From contig DASYQD010000039.1 of assembly GCA_036005845.1 (NCBI GenBank), positions 19,732-83,731 on the forward strand: DNA of 64,000 nucleotides. The letters run 5' to 3'. The translations under genes were made by a program, and so were the position numbers. This document shows, in pieces, positions 17,903-28,681 of the stretch. Position 1 is the first letter of the stretch; every line of letters begins with the position of its first letter. Below the pieces are notes generated by a model. That model made no database searches, had not been told where the DNA came from, and saw only the letters and a program-made list of their open reading frames with translations. Origin of the DNA: Thermoanaerobaculia bacterium. Its GTDB lineage: Bacteria > Acidobacteriota > Thermoanaerobaculia > Multivoradales > JAIOJS01.

Positions 17903-18691
17903 ATGCGCGCGACCGCGAAGAGCAGCGCCTATCCGGGCACGCAAGCCGTGCAGCGGGCCGTCGGCCTGCTCAAGGCGTTCACGCCCGAACGCCCGGCGAT
18001 GCGGTTGCCCGACCTCTCTACCGTCGCCGGCCTCAACAAGACGACCACCTACCGACTCCTCTCGGCGCTCGTCGGCGAAGGCCTGCTCGAGCGCTCCGCC
18101 GAGAGCGGCGAGTACCGTCTCGGCCCCGAGCTGCTGGCGCTGGGCAGTCGCGCGCTGGGCGCCACCGCTCTGCGCGCCGCCAGCCGCGCCGAGCTGCAGG
18201 CCCTCGCCTACGCGACGCGCGAGACGGCGACGCTCGAGGTGCTCGTCGGCCGCGAGGTGCTCATCCTCGACGAGGCCGCCGGCGACCACGTCGTCGCCTC
18301 GATGCCGTCGCTCGGCACCCGTTGGCCGGCGCACGCCACGTCGACGGGCAAGGTGCTGCTCGCCCACCTGCCCGACGCCGCCCTCGATTCGCTGCTCCAG
18401 ACGCCGCTCGATGCCGCCACGCCACGCACGGTCGTCGATCCCACCGCGCTGCGCCGCGAGCTCGCTCGCGTGCGCACGCGCGGCTGGGCGCTCGCCAGCG
18501 AGGAGCTCGAGGCGGGCTTCGTCGCCGTCGGAGCTCCCGTGCGAGGCGCCGCCGGCGAGGTCGTCGCCGCGATCAGCGTCGGCGGCCCGAAGAGTCGCCT
18601 CAACCAGGAGCGCGCCCGCGAGATCGTCCGTTCCCTGCCCGCCGTCACCGCTCGCATCTCCGCGCGCCTGACAGGAGCCCGCAAGTCATGA
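17903..18691 (+). CDS. IclR-family transcriptional regulator
   Basis: N-terminal wHTH (QRAVGLLKAF...LSTVAGLNKTTTYRLLSALV) and C-terminal IclR effector domain (GFVAVGAPV). Its stop overlaps the Rieske gene start (ATGA). Confidence 0.85.
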   Translation: MRATAKSSAYPGTQAVQRAVGLLKAFTPERPAMRLPDLSTVAGLNKTTTYRLLSALVGEGLLERSAESGEYRLGPELLALGSRALGATALRAASRAELQALAYATRETATLEVLVGREVLILDEAAGDHVVASMPSLGTRWPAHATSTGKVLLAHLPDAALDSLLQTPLDAATPRTVVDPTALRRELARVRTRGWALASEELEAGFVAVGAPVRGAAGEVVAAISVGGPKSRLNQERAREIVRSLPAVTARISARLTGARKS

Positions 18692-19815
18692 AGCCACGCT
18701 CGTCCTTCGGCCAGCACACGCTGCCTCGCGAGTACTTCGTCTCGCCCGACGTCTGGGAGCGCGAGCAGGAGCGAATCTTCGGCCGCTCGTGGCTGCTCGC
18801 CGGCCACCTGTCGCGGCTCCGCGAGCCCGGCAGCTATTTCACGCACGAGGTCGGCCGCGAGAGCGTGCTCGTCGTGCGGGATCGCGAAGGTGAAGTCCGC
18901 GCCTTCCACAACCACTGCCGCCACCGCGGTACGCGTCTGTGCACTGACCACGCAGGCACTCTGGGCACCGCCATCCAGTGCCCGTACCACGCCTGGACCT
19001 ACGGCCTCGACGGCGCCCTCCGCGCCGCACCCAACATGCAGGGCGTCGCCGGCTTCGACCGTTCCGACTACCCGCTGCGCAAGGTGGCGCTCGCCACCTG
19101 GGAAGGCTTCGTTTTCATCAACCTCGCCGCCGATCCGCTTCCTTTCGCCGAGGCTCTCCCCGCATTGCAGAGCCGCTTCGGCCAATGGCGTCTCCCCGAC
19201 CTCGTCTCCGTCCACCAGACCGTCTACGAGATCGAGGCCAACTGGAAGCTCTTCTTCCACAACTACAGCGAGTGCTACCACTGCCCCAACGTGCACCCGC
19301 ACCTCAACAAGCTGACGCCGTACCGCAACACCGAGAACGACCTCGACGAGGGACCGGTGCTCGGCGGGCCGATGTGGATGAGCAACCCCGACGGCAGCAT
19401 GACCATGCACGGCGGCCGCTGCGCCGCGCCGTTCGCCGGCCTCTCCGAGCAGGAGCGCGGCCGCGTCTACTACTACACGCTCTTCCCGAGCGCGTTCCTG
19501 TCGCTGCATCCGGACTACGTCCTGGTGCATCGCGCGCAGCCGCTCGCCATCGACCGTACGCGCGTCCTTTGCGACTGGTACTTCCACCCCGACGCCGTGG
19601 CGGCACCCGGCTTCGATCCGCAACCGGCGATCGACTTCTGGGACCTCACCAACCGCCAGGACTGGGACCTCTGCGCCAACGCCTTCAAGGGCGTCATCTC
19701 GCGCGCTTGGCAGCCGGGCCCCTATGCCGACCTCGAGAGCCAGCTCGCCGCCTTCGATCGCCAGTACCTGCGCGCGCTCGAGGCCGCGGCGCCGGTCGCG
19801 CTGGCGCCAGCCTGA
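18688..19815 (+). CDS. Rieske [2Fe-2S] non-heme iron oxygenase alpha subunit (GbcA/Stc2/carnitine monooxygenase-like)
   Basis: Rieske motif CRHRG...CPYHAW and mononuclear iron site region (NYSECYHCPNVHP). 375 aa. Confidence 0.85.
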   Translation: MKPRSSFGQHTLPREYFVSPDVWEREQERIFGRSWLLAGHLSRLREPGSYFTHEVGRESVLVVRDREGEVRAFHNHCRHRGTRLCTDHAGTLGTAIQCPYHAWTYGLDGALRAAPNMQGVAGFDRSDYPLRKVALATWEGFVFINLAADPLPFAEALPALQSRFGQWRLPDLVSVHQTVYEIEANWKLFFHNYSECYHCPNVHPHLNKLTPYRNTENDLDEGPVLGGPMWMSNPDGSMTMHGGRCAAPFAGLSEQERGRVYYYTLFPSAFLSLHPDYVLVHRAQPLAIDRTRVLCDWYFHPDAVAAPGFDPQPAIDFWDLTNRQDWDLCANAFKGVISRAWQPGPYADLESQLAAFDRQYLRALEAAAPVALAPA

Positions 19816-19881
19816 GGGCGCGCACGATTCAGATACGCTAGCCGCCGTTCCTCATCAACTCTGACGGAGAAGGGGATCGAG

Positions 19882-20862
19882 GTGGCCGCAACCGCGAAGC
19901 GCAGGACTTTCCAGCCCACCAAGGGCAGGGGCAAGGCGAAGGGCAAGCTGCCCGAGCTGCGGCTGGGCACCGGCTGGCTGCCGGAGCCTCCCGACGAGCG
20001 CGACCTGACGGTGGATCACCAGCCGCTCCAGGGCATGCTGGCGAAGCTGCGGCTGGGGAGAATGATCGTCAAGAAGGTGCTGCCGCCCAAGGTCGACCTC
20101 AGCAAGTGGGCCGGCCCGGTGCAGTTCCAGGGCGGCTTCAACACCTGCAACGCCCACGTCGTCGCCGGCCTCGTCACCTACTTCGAGCGCAAGGCGCACG
20201 GCAACGAGATCGCGCCGTCGCGGCTCTTCCTCTACAAGGTGGCGAAGAACTTCCTGCAGGCGACCGACAACGCCGGCGTCTACATCCGCCAGGTGATGGG
20301 CGTGCTCAAGCTCGTCGGCGTGCCGCCCGAGAAGTACTGGCCCTACCCCGATCCCGGCACCTACCAGAAGCCGCGCTCGAGCGACCCGCTGCTCGACGCC
20401 GAGCCCTCCTCATTCTGCTACGCCATCGCCAACGACTACCGAGCGATCACCTACTACCGGCTCGACGAGCCGGACCAGAGACCGGCGGCCCTGCTGCATT
20501 TGGCCAAGGCGCACCTCGTGGCGCAGGTGCCGTTCGCGTTCGGCTTCCCGCTCTATCAGCTGCTCGGCGAAGCGACGACTACCGGGCGGATCCCGTACCC
20601 ATCGGCCGAGCAGGCGCCGCTCGCCAACCACGCCGTCGTCGCCATGGGCTACGACGACGACATCGTCATCGGCAAGGGCATCAAGGGCGCGGCGGCCACC
20701 CGCGGCGCCATCCGCATCAAGAACTCGTGGAGCGAGAGCTGGGGCGAGAAGGGCTATGGCTGGCTGCCGTACGAGTACGTCCTGCAGGGGCACACACGTG
20801 ACTTCTGGACGCTGCTGCGCAGCGAGTGGGTCGATACCGGGGCGTTCCAGCTCATCAGCTGA
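19882..20862 (+). CDS. Papain-like (C1 family) cysteine peptidase homolog
   Basis: QGGFNTCNAHVV (catalytic Cys context), HAVVAMGYDD (His), NSWSESWGEKGYGW (Asn-Ser-Trp). GTG start with GGAGAAGGGG RBS. Basic GK-rich N-terminus. Confidence 0.7.
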   Translation: MAATAKRRTFQPTKGRGKAKGKLPELRLGTGWLPEPPDERDLTVDHQPLQGMLAKLRLGRMIVKKVLPPKVDLSKWAGPVQFQGGFNTCNAHVVAGLVTYFERKAHGNEIAPSRLFLYKVAKNFLQATDNAGVYIRQVMGVLKLVGVPPEKYWPYPDPGTYQKPRSSDPLLDAEPSSFCYAIANDYRAITYYRLDEPDQRPAALLHLAKAHLVAQVPFAFGFPLYQLLGEATTTGRIPYPSAEQAPLANHAVVAMGYDDDIVIGKGIKGAAATRGAIRIKNSWSESWGEKGYGWLPYEYVLQGHTRDFWTLLRSEWVDTGAFQLIS

Positions 20863-20915
20863 GCGCGCACGAGTTGCGGCGACCGAGCGATCGCCGGAAC
20901 CGCCAAGTGAGTCAA

Positions 20916-20990
20916 GGTGGGCCGTGCAGGTCTCGAACCTGCGACCCGCGGATTAAAAGTCCGCTGCTCTACCAACTGAGCTAACGGCCC
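20916..20990 (-). tRNA. tRNA-Lys (anticodon UUU)
   Basis: The reverse complement folds as a cloverleaf: GGGCCGT acceptor, GCTCAGTTGGTAGAGC D-arm, anticodon loop CTTTTAA (UUU), T-arm GCAGGTTCGAGACCTGC, 3' strand ACGGCCC-A. Closely resembles canonical bacterial tRNA-Lys. Confidence 0.85.
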
Positions 20991-21030
20991 GGCCTCGGCG
21001 GCGAGTATAGCGGCGCGGCGCCACGCCCCT

Positions 21031-21837
21031 TCAGTCGCCGGTACCCTTCTCGCCCGACAAGCGCGCGACGATGGCGGCCAGCTCCTCGACGCGTCGCTCG
21101 AGTGCGGTGAGGCGGGCCGCGATCGCCGCGTCCATGGGCGCCGCCCCAGCGGTCTTCGACCGGGGGGTGTCAGCCACCGGCGGCGGCGTCTGCGGCACAC
21201 GGTCGAATCGTGGCGACCCTGCGCTGGGCAGCACGGTCGGCGGTACCGTTGCGGCGGGAACCGCCGAAGGCAATGCAGGTTGGTGGACCGTCGCATCGTC
21301 TTCGACGGCATCGACGCGGGCGCGCGTCGTCCCAGGAGCTTCGGGCACGGCGCCGCTTCCCAGCAAGTGCCGCCAGCGCCGTTCCTTCTGTCCCGGCTGG
21401 CGCGGCAGCTCCTCTACCAGGCCGCGAGCCGCCAGCGCCCGCAGTGTCTCCTCCACTTCTCCGAGCTCGACGAACTGGTGCATGCGTGGCGTGCGCGCCC
21501 GCAGCTCGCCCGGCGTCTGCGCGCCGCGCAGCAGCAGTTCGGCCAGCACCGACTTCGCCGCCGGCTCTTTGAGCCCCAGCTTCTCGTCGAGGCTGTGCTT
21601 CCAGCGCAGCGCCCGTGCGCCGCGGTCGCGCCACACCAAGAGGTCGGCCATCAGCCGCAGCAACGCCGCTTCGACGTCGGCCGCGCTCAGCCGGCTCACC
21701 GGCTCGCGGTTGCTCGTCTGGTTGCACGCGGCGACGAGGGCGTTGAGCGTCAGCGGGTAGACGTCCGGCGTCGACAGCTCCTTCTCGACGAGACAGCCGA
21801 CGACGCGCTGCTCGATGGGATCGAAGCGACGGATCAC
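21031..21837 (-). CDS. YceH/DUF480 (UPF0502) family protein
   Basis: A GTG start at 21837 gives MIRRFDPIEQRVVGCLVEKELSTPDVYPLTLNALVAACNQTSNREPV, aligning with the YceH N-terminus. Conserved LLLRGAQTPGELRART segment. The stop of the upstream gene overlaps this GTG. The longer ORF-track version is rejected. Confidence 0.75.
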   Translation of the reverse strand: MIRRFDPIEQRVVGCLVEKELSTPDVYPLTLNALVAACNQTSNREPVSRLSAADVEAALLRLMADLLVWRDRGARALRWKHSLDEKLGLKEPAAKSVLAELLLRGAQTPGELRARTPRMHQFVELGEVEETLRALAARGLVEELPRQPGQKERRWRHLLGSGAVPEAPGTTRARVDAVEDDATVHQPALPSAVPAATVPPTVLPSAGSPRFDRVPQTPPPVADTPRSKTAGAAPMDAAIAARLTALERRVEELAAIVARLSGEKGTGD

Positions 21838-22943
21838 GGCGCGCTCCCGGCCATCGGAGCGACCCCGCCAGGGCCGTCGATGGTTGACATCCCAGGCGAC
21901 GGCAGGACGGCCGGCGCGCTCTGGGTCTGGCGCGCGAACATGGACGGCGCCGTCGCCGCCTCGACGACTCCGGAGTCGAACGCGGCGCGCCAGTAGGCGC
22001 GGTAGGCCCAACGGCCGAGCGGCCCGACGCTCACCAGCGTGTGGCAGGCGAGACCAAGAATGCCGCTGCGCAGCGCCGTGAGCCCACGCGCCGCGGCACC
22101 AACCGAGCCGCGCGCCCAACTCCGGCGCGCCAGCGCGTCGGCGATACGGCCGGTCGGCGTCGGCGGGCCGAGCAGCTCATCCGCGAGCCCCGGCGCCCGC
22201 CGCTCCATCTCCTCGCGCCAACGCCACTCGCCGCGGCCGCAGCTGCGCAGGGCGATGCCGAGCTCCGCCGTGGTCGGCGCGTTGCCGTGGAGCACGAGGA
22301 CTTCTTCGCTCCGCACGAACCGGTGCCCGCCGAGGTGCAGCGCGGCGCCGAGCGCCATCTCGCAGAAGTGCTCGTGCTCGACGCGGAAGCCGCCGAGCTC
22401 GACGTAGAGATCGCGCCGCATTGCCAGACCGCGCAGCGAGACGCCGCGCCAGTGACCCGGGCCGAGCGAGCCGTACCACGTGGCCTCGAGCTCGACCTGG
22501 CGCCTGCCGAGCGCGCTGGTCGGCAGGTAGCCGCTGCGCAGGCAGAACGCCGAGGCGCCGCCGCCGAGCGCCTCCATCGCGGCAGCGGCCGCACGCGGCG
22601 CGGGCACGCAATGCGCCTCGCTGAACAGCAGCAACGCCGCGTCGGCCGCCCGCGCGCCGCGGTCGTAGAGCACCGCATCGTTGTCGTCATCGACCGACAG
22701 CCAAAGGTCCCACGGACGCAGCCGCGGCCGCAGCCGCGCTTCGAGCGCCGCGGCCTCGTGGGCTTCGACCACGGCGACGATCTGGATGCGCTCGCGCGGA
22801 TGCGATTGCGCGTTCCAGGCGTCGAGGCAGGCCTCGCCGAAGCCGTGGTCGTGCGAGAGCGGCAACACCACGGAGATGTCGAAGCTGCCGAGGTCGTGCA
22901 CGGTCGCCGATCCTATCCGCGCCAGCGCGGGGTCGGCGCGCAT
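21834..22943 (-). CDS. Glycosyltransferase family 2-like protein (tentative)
   Basis: FDISVVLPLSHD (GT2 N-terminus-like), acidic DDDND (DxD-like), coding GC3. The start is uncertain. Confidence 0.45.
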   Translation of the reverse strand: MRADPALARIGSATVHDLGSFDISVVLPLSHDHGFGEACLDAWNAQSHPRERIQIVAVVEAHEAAALEARLRPRLRPWDLWLSVDDDNDAVLYDRGARAADAALLLFSEAHCVPAPRAAAAAMEALGGGASAFCLRSGYLPTSALGRRQVELEATWYGSLGPGHWRGVSLRGLAMRRDLYVELGGFRVEHEHFCEMALGAALHLGGHRFVRSEEVLVLHGNAPTTAELGIALRSCGRGEWRWREEMERRAPGLADELLGPPTPTGRIADALARRSWARGSVGAAARGLTALRSGILGLACHTLVSVGPLGRWAYRAYWRAAFDSGVVEAATAPSMFARQTQSAPAVLPSPGMSTIDGPGGVAPMAGSAP

Positions 22944-22984
22944 CGTCTCGCCGCCCGCCGCCTCGCTGTAGGATCGCGCCCGCG

Positions 22985-23968
22985 ATGGAGAATATCCTCG
23001 TCACCGGCGCGCTCGGGCAGATCGGCTCCGAGCTGGTCCCGGCTCTGCGCGCGCGCTACGGCGCCGACCACGTGGTCGCCTCGGACATCCGCATGCCGCC
23101 GCGCTCGGGCGGAGCCGCCGGGTCGACGTGGGACGCGGGGCCGTTCGAGTTCCTCGACTGCACCAACCGCCACCAGGTCCAGGAGGTGCTCCACCGCCAT
23201 CGTGTGGACACCATCTACCACCTCGCCGCCCTGCTCTCGGCCACCTCGGAGGAGAAGCCCCACGTCGCCTGGGACATCAACATGGGCGGCCTCTACGGCA
23301 TCCTCGAGGTGGCGCGGCAGAACCGTTGCGCCGTCTTCTTCCCCAGCTCGATCGGCGCCTTCGGGCCGGCGACGCCGCCCGACGAGACGCCGCAGGACAC
23401 CATCCAGCGGCCGACGACGATGTACGGCGTCACCAAGGTGGCGGGCGAGCTGCTCTGCGACTACTACCACCGCCGCTTCGGCGTCGACACCCGCGGCCTG
23501 CGCTTCCCCGGCCTCATCTCGTACGTCGCGCCGCCCGGCGGCGGCACCACCGATTATGCGGTGGAGATCTTCTACGAGGCGATCCGCCACGGCCACTACA
23601 CCTGCTTCCTCGATGCCGACACGCGCCTCGACATGATGTACATGCCCGACGCGCTGCAAGCGCTCGTCGCGCTAATGGAGGTCGACGCCTCGCGGCTCGA
23701 GCACCGGAACGCCTTCAACGTCACGGCGATGAACTTCACGCCCGAAGAATTGGCGGCGGAGATCCGCAAGCATCTGCCGGGCTTCACCATCGACTACCGC
23801 ATCGACCCGGTGAAGCAGTCGATCGCCGACTCCTGGCCCAACTCGCTCGACGACTCGGCGGCGCGGCGCGAGTGGGGCTGGGCGCCGAAGTACGACCTCG
23901 CGGCGATGACCGCCGACATGCTCGCCAAGCTGCGCACCAAGCTGCAGCCGGCCACCGCCGCGAGCTAG
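22985..23968 (+). CDS. tdh: L-threonine 3-dehydrogenase (NAD-dependent epimerase/dehydratase-type)
   Basis: ILVTGALGQIGSEL Rossmann, YGVTKVAGE active-site YxxxK. Lies immediately upstream of kbl, the classic threonine degradation pair. Confidence 0.8.
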   Translation: MENILVTGALGQIGSELVPALRARYGADHVVASDIRMPPRSGGAAGSTWDAGPFEFLDCTNRHQVQEVLHRHRVDTIYHLAALLSATSEEKPHVAWDINMGGLYGILEVARQNRCAVFFPSSIGAFGPATPPDETPQDTIQRPTTMYGVTKVAGELLCDYYHRRFGVDTRGLRFPGLISYVAPPGGGTTDYAVEIFYEAIRHGHYTCFLDADTRLDMMYMPDALQALVALMEVDASRLEHRNAFNVTAMNFTPEELAAEIRKHLPGFTIDYRIDPVKQSIADSWPNSLDDSAARREWGWAPKYDLAAMTADMLAKLRTKLQPATAAS

Positions 23969-23987
23969 ACCGCCAGGAGCCTCACGG

Positions 23988-25214
23988 ATGCCGCAAGACC
24001 AACTCCTCCAGGTGCTCGCCGGCGAGCTCGCCGACCTCCGCGCCGCCGGCACCGCCAAGGGTGACGAGAGCGTGGTGACCAAGGTGCTGCCCGCGGCCGG
24101 CAGCCGCGGCCCGCGCTTCCTGCTCGCAGGCCACGGCGACACCGAGTTCCTGCGCATGAACTCGAACAGCTACCTCGGCATGGGCTTCGAGCCGAAGGTG
24201 ATAGAGGCCGAGGAGAGGGCGGCGCGCGCTTACGGCAGCGGCCCCGGCGCGGTGCGCTTCATCAGCGGCACCTACGACGTGCACGTCGCGCTCGAGCGCC
24301 GGCTCGCCGCCTTCCACGGGCGCGAGGCGGGGATGATCTTCAGCTCCGCGTATGCGACGGTGCTGTCGACCATCGTGCCGCTGGTCACCGACCAGACGGC
24401 GCTGATCAGCGACGCGCTCAACCACAACTGCATCATCAACGCGATGCGGCTGGCGCGGCCGGCGCGCAAGGAGGTCTACCGCCACAACGACGTGGCGGAC
24501 CTCGAGCGCCAGCTCCTCGCCTGCGCCGGAAGTTGCCGCCGCGCGGTGGTCGTCACCGACGGCATCTTCTCGATGCGCGGCGACCACGCGCCGCTCGCCG
24601 AGATCGTCGCGGTGGTGAAGAAGCACGACGGGCTCTATCCCGAGAACGTGGTGCTGGTCGTCGACGACAGCCACGGCGTCGGCGCCTTCGGCGAGACCGG
24701 CCGCGGCACCGAGGAGCACACCGGCTGCGGTCCGGTCGACGTTCTCGTCGGCACGCTCGGCAAGGCGTTCGGCGTCAACGGCGGCTACGTGGTGGGCAGC
24801 GCCACCCTCCTCGCCTACCTGCGCGAGAAGTCGCCGATGTACATCTACTCCAACCCGATCACGCCCGCCGAGGCGGCGGCGGCGCTCGCCGCGGTCGAGA
24901 TCCTCGACAGCGACCGCGGCCGCGCGCTGCTCGCGCACCTGCGGGAGATGACGGCGCGGTTCGAGCAAGGCCTGGTGCGGCTCGGCTCCGAGACCATCCC
25001 CGGCGCCCACCCGGTGGTGCCGCTGATGGTGCGCGACACCGCGCGTACGACGGCGCTGGTGCGCCACTTGAAGGACAACGGCATCCTCGCCACCGGCCTC
25101 AACTATCCGGTGGTGCCGAAGGGCGACGAGGAGATCCGCTTCCAGGTCAACGCCGACCACACCGAGGCCGACATCGACCAGGCGCTCGCCGTGCTGGCGA
25201 GTTTCAGCGACTAG
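23988..25214 (+). CDS. kbl: Glycine C-acetyltransferase / 2-amino-3-ketobutyrate CoA ligase
   Basis: PLP-dependent AOS family. GTLGKAFG (Lys-PLP), FSSAYATV, VVDDSHGVG. 408 aa. Confidence 0.9.
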   Translation: MPQDQLLQVLAGELADLRAAGTAKGDESVVTKVLPAAGSRGPRFLLAGHGDTEFLRMNSNSYLGMGFEPKVIEAEERAARAYGSGPGAVRFISGTYDVHVALERRLAAFHGREAGMIFSSAYATVLSTIVPLVTDQTALISDALNHNCIINAMRLARPARKEVYRHNDVADLERQLLACAGSCRRAVVVTDGIFSMRGDHAPLAEIVAVVKKHDGLYPENVVLVVDDSHGVGAFGETGRGTEEHTGCGPVDVLVGTLGKAFGVNGGYVVGSATLLAYLREKSPMYIYSNPITPAEAAAALAAVEILDSDRGRALLAHLREMTARFEQGLVRLGSETIPGAHPVVPLMVRDTARTTALVRHLKDNGILATGLNYPVVPKGDEEIRFQVNADHTEADIDQALAVLASFSD

Positions 25215-25216
25215 CC

Positions 25217-25304
25217 GGCATCGAGATCTCCGCGGTCGCTACGCGGCCTCGCGATGACTGTCCGGCGTCATCGCGAGGAGCGTAGCGACGAAGCGATCTC
25301 GATC
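25217..25304. repeat. REP-like imperfect palindromic element, locus A, inverted dimer of an ~38-nt unit
   Basis: GGCATCGAGATCTCCGCGGTCGCTACGCGGCCTCGCGATGAC - tgtccggc - GTCATCGCGAGGAGCGTAGCGACGAAGCGATCTCGATC. It fills the 97-nt gap between the convergent stops of kbl and the secreted-protein gene. The same unit recurs at 33071 and 51270. Confidence 0.65.
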
Positions 25305-25311
25305 TTTGCGG

Positions 25312-27051
25312 CTATTTCGAGACCAGGTTGGTCTCGACGGTGGCGCGCCCGTCGGTCGCCTGGTTGAAGTACTCCATCCAGCGGGAGCGGATGCGGTCGA
25401 GCTTCTCGACCGAGCCCGGCTTCGGCGCCTCGCCGTTCTTCGTCACCAGGATGAACGCCATGCGGAAGTTCTTCTGCGCCGCGGCGCTGCCGGCGGCGGG
25501 CACGCGCGGTCCCTCGGCGGCGATGACGTCCTGGATGCTGAAGTCCTCGCGAGTGCCGTGGAAACGGATGCCGGTGGCCGGCGCCTCGCCGGTCTGGTTG
25601 CCGGTGTTGCCGTCAACGTAGAACATGTCCGGCACCTCGCCGGGCGCGCGGACGCCCATCACGTACTGGTCGAGCGCGCTGAAGCCCTCGGTCGCCGCCA
25701 CGGTGGTGAAGGTGCCGTCGCCGTTGTCCTGGATCCGGTTGCCCTCCATGTCGGAGGCCTCGGAGTTGAAGTTGAAGTTCCAGTGCGACAGCGCGCGCCC
25801 GAGCAGCGCCGGGTTGTCGGGGCTGTTGACGCGCAGGAAGGCCAGCCAGCGGTGGCCCGTCTCTTGGCCGAGGACGTCCATGGTCGTGTTGGTGCCGAGG
25901 AAGGTGGTGTCGGGGTTGTCGGGGTAGTTGGCCAGCGAGCCCATCTGCACGAAGCTGCGCAGGCGGCCGTGGCTGCCGGCGATGCTGCTGGCGTCGAAGA
26001 TCTGCTGGCCGATGCCCTTGATCTCGTTCTTCACTCCGAACTCGTAGGCGAAGGCGCCGCCGCCGAGGAGGATCTGCGGGAAGTCGAGGAAGACGACCAG
26101 GTGGTCGTACTGGTCCGCGAAGCCGCTGAAGAACATGTTGGCGATGCCCATGTCGTCGAGGCCGGAGCGCTTGGAGAACTGCTCCGCGACCGCGCCGCTG
26201 GCGATCGTCACCGGCAGGTCCGACTGGTAGTCGACGAGCTTGAAGGCGCCGCCGTCGCCCGGAGCGATGCCGACCACCGCCTCGTCGGCCTCGAGGTCGC
26301 CGAAGGCGAAGGTGATCTTGCCCGTCTTGTCGAGCTTCACCTGGAAGGTCGACAGCCGGCTGGTGCCGAACTGCGGCAGCCGGTACCAGGTGACGATCGC
26401 CGCCGACTTGCTGGTGCTCACGTACACCCCGGCGTCATCGGCGGCGGTCTCGGGGTTGAGGTCGACGAAGAAGGGCGCGATGCGCGGCGGCCCGTTGAGG
26501 AAGCGCTGCACGCTGCGCTCGGTGGACTCGGCATCGGGAACGCCGAAGGTGATGTTGCCGTCGGAGTGCACCAGCATGCTCGAGTACTTCTTGGTGAAGA
26601 AGGAGAACTTGAAGCCCTTCGGGAAGCTGACGGCGCGCACGTCGTCGTCGCCGAGGTCGAGCTTGGTGCCCGGCGGCGGATCGGCGAGGTTGCCGCCCGT
26701 GGTCGCCACCTGATAGCCCTTGCCCTTCGGGGTGTACGCGATGCCGATGCCGGCGACGTCGACCGGGTTGGGGCTGGTGAGGATGCTGCCGTCATCCGAG
26801 AGCACGGCGATGTCGCCCGCCGCTTCGGCCGAAGGCGCGCTGATGGCGGCCTTGTCGAGGTTGCCCGGGTCGCGGTCGACGCGAGCCCGCTCGCGCTCGT
26901 GCTCGTCGTGCACGCCGACGGCGACGGCCAGGGTTCCGCGGGTGGTGCCGCACCAGGCGTCGGGATCGCCGTCGAGACGGGCGAGGGCCGGAGCGGCAAG
27001 GGATGACAGGGCGAGTAGGACGAGCGGCGCGGTGACTCTCTTCAACGGCAT
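25312..27051 (-). CDS. Secreted hypothetical protein (signal peptide, about 579 aa)
   Basis: N-terminal MPLKRVTAPLVLLALSSLAAPALA signal. Strong coding bias. No confidently recognised domain. Confidence 0.65.
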   Translation of the reverse strand: MPLKRVTAPLVLLALSSLAAPALARLDGDPDAWCGTTRGTLAVAVGVHDEHERERARVDRDPGNLDKAAISAPSAEAAGDIAVLSDDGSILTSPNPVDVAGIGIAYTPKGKGYQVATTGGNLADPPPGTKLDLGDDDVRAVSFPKGFKFSFFTKKYSSMLVHSDGNITFGVPDAESTERSVQRFLNGPPRIAPFFVDLNPETAADDAGVYVSTSKSAAIVTWYRLPQFGTSRLSTFQVKLDKTGKITFAFGDLEADEAVVGIAPGDGGAFKLVDYQSDLPVTIASGAVAEQFSKRSGLDDMGIANMFFSGFADQYDHLVVFLDFPQILLGGGAFAYEFGVKNEIKGIGQQIFDASSIAGSHGRLRSFVQMGSLANYPDNPDTTFLGTNTTMDVLGQETGHRWLAFLRVNSPDNPALLGRALSHWNFNFNSEASDMEGNRIQDNGDGTFTTVAATEGFSALDQYVMGVRAPGEVPDMFYVDGNTGNQTGEAPATGIRFHGTREDFSIQDVIAAEGPRVPAAGSAAAQKNFRMAFILVTKNGEAPKPGSVEKLDRIRSRWMEYFNQATDGRATVETNLVSK

Positions 27052-27149
27052 CTGGATTCCCCTAGAAGAAGTGTGACGCGGTGGGTGGAGGCCACACGAA
27101 GTTTAGCAGTTGAGTTAGAGGATCGCGGGACGCCATATCCTTCGCGCCG

Positions 27150-28415
<1,266 letters not shown>

Positions 28416-28435
28416 TCCTTACTGGAGGTAAGGGA

Positions 28436-28681
28436 ATGGCTACCGCTACGTTGACCAGCAAGGGCCAGATCACCCTTCCGAAAGCCGTCCGTGAACGCCT
28501 GCGGGTCGACAGTGGGGACCAGGTGGATTTCGTCGTCAACGACCGCGGCGACGTGGTGGTGCGGGCGGCGACGCTCGACGTCTCGGAGCTCAAAGGCCTG
28601 TTGAAGCGCTCGCGCGCCAGACCGGTAACCATCGAGGAGATGAACGCGGCGATCACGCGCGCTCACACGAGGAAGCGTTGA
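28436..28681 (+). CDS. AbrB/MazE/SpoVT-family antitoxin (VapB-like)
   Basis: MATATLTSKGQITLPKAVRERLRVDSGDQVDF is the swapped-hairpin barrel signature. GGAGG RBS 6 nt upstream of the ATG. Confidence 0.8.
   Translation: MATATLTSKGQITLPKAVRERLRVDSGDQVDFVVNDRGDVVVRAATLDVSELKGLLKRSRARPVTIEEMNAAITRAHTRKR

Noticed and set aside
21838-22119. An N-terminal extension of the YceH-family ORF up to 22119
   Set aside because: The extension is Arg/Gly-rich and overlaps the upstream glycosyltransferase-like gene. Family homology starts at the internal GTG at 21837 (MIRRFDPIEQ...).
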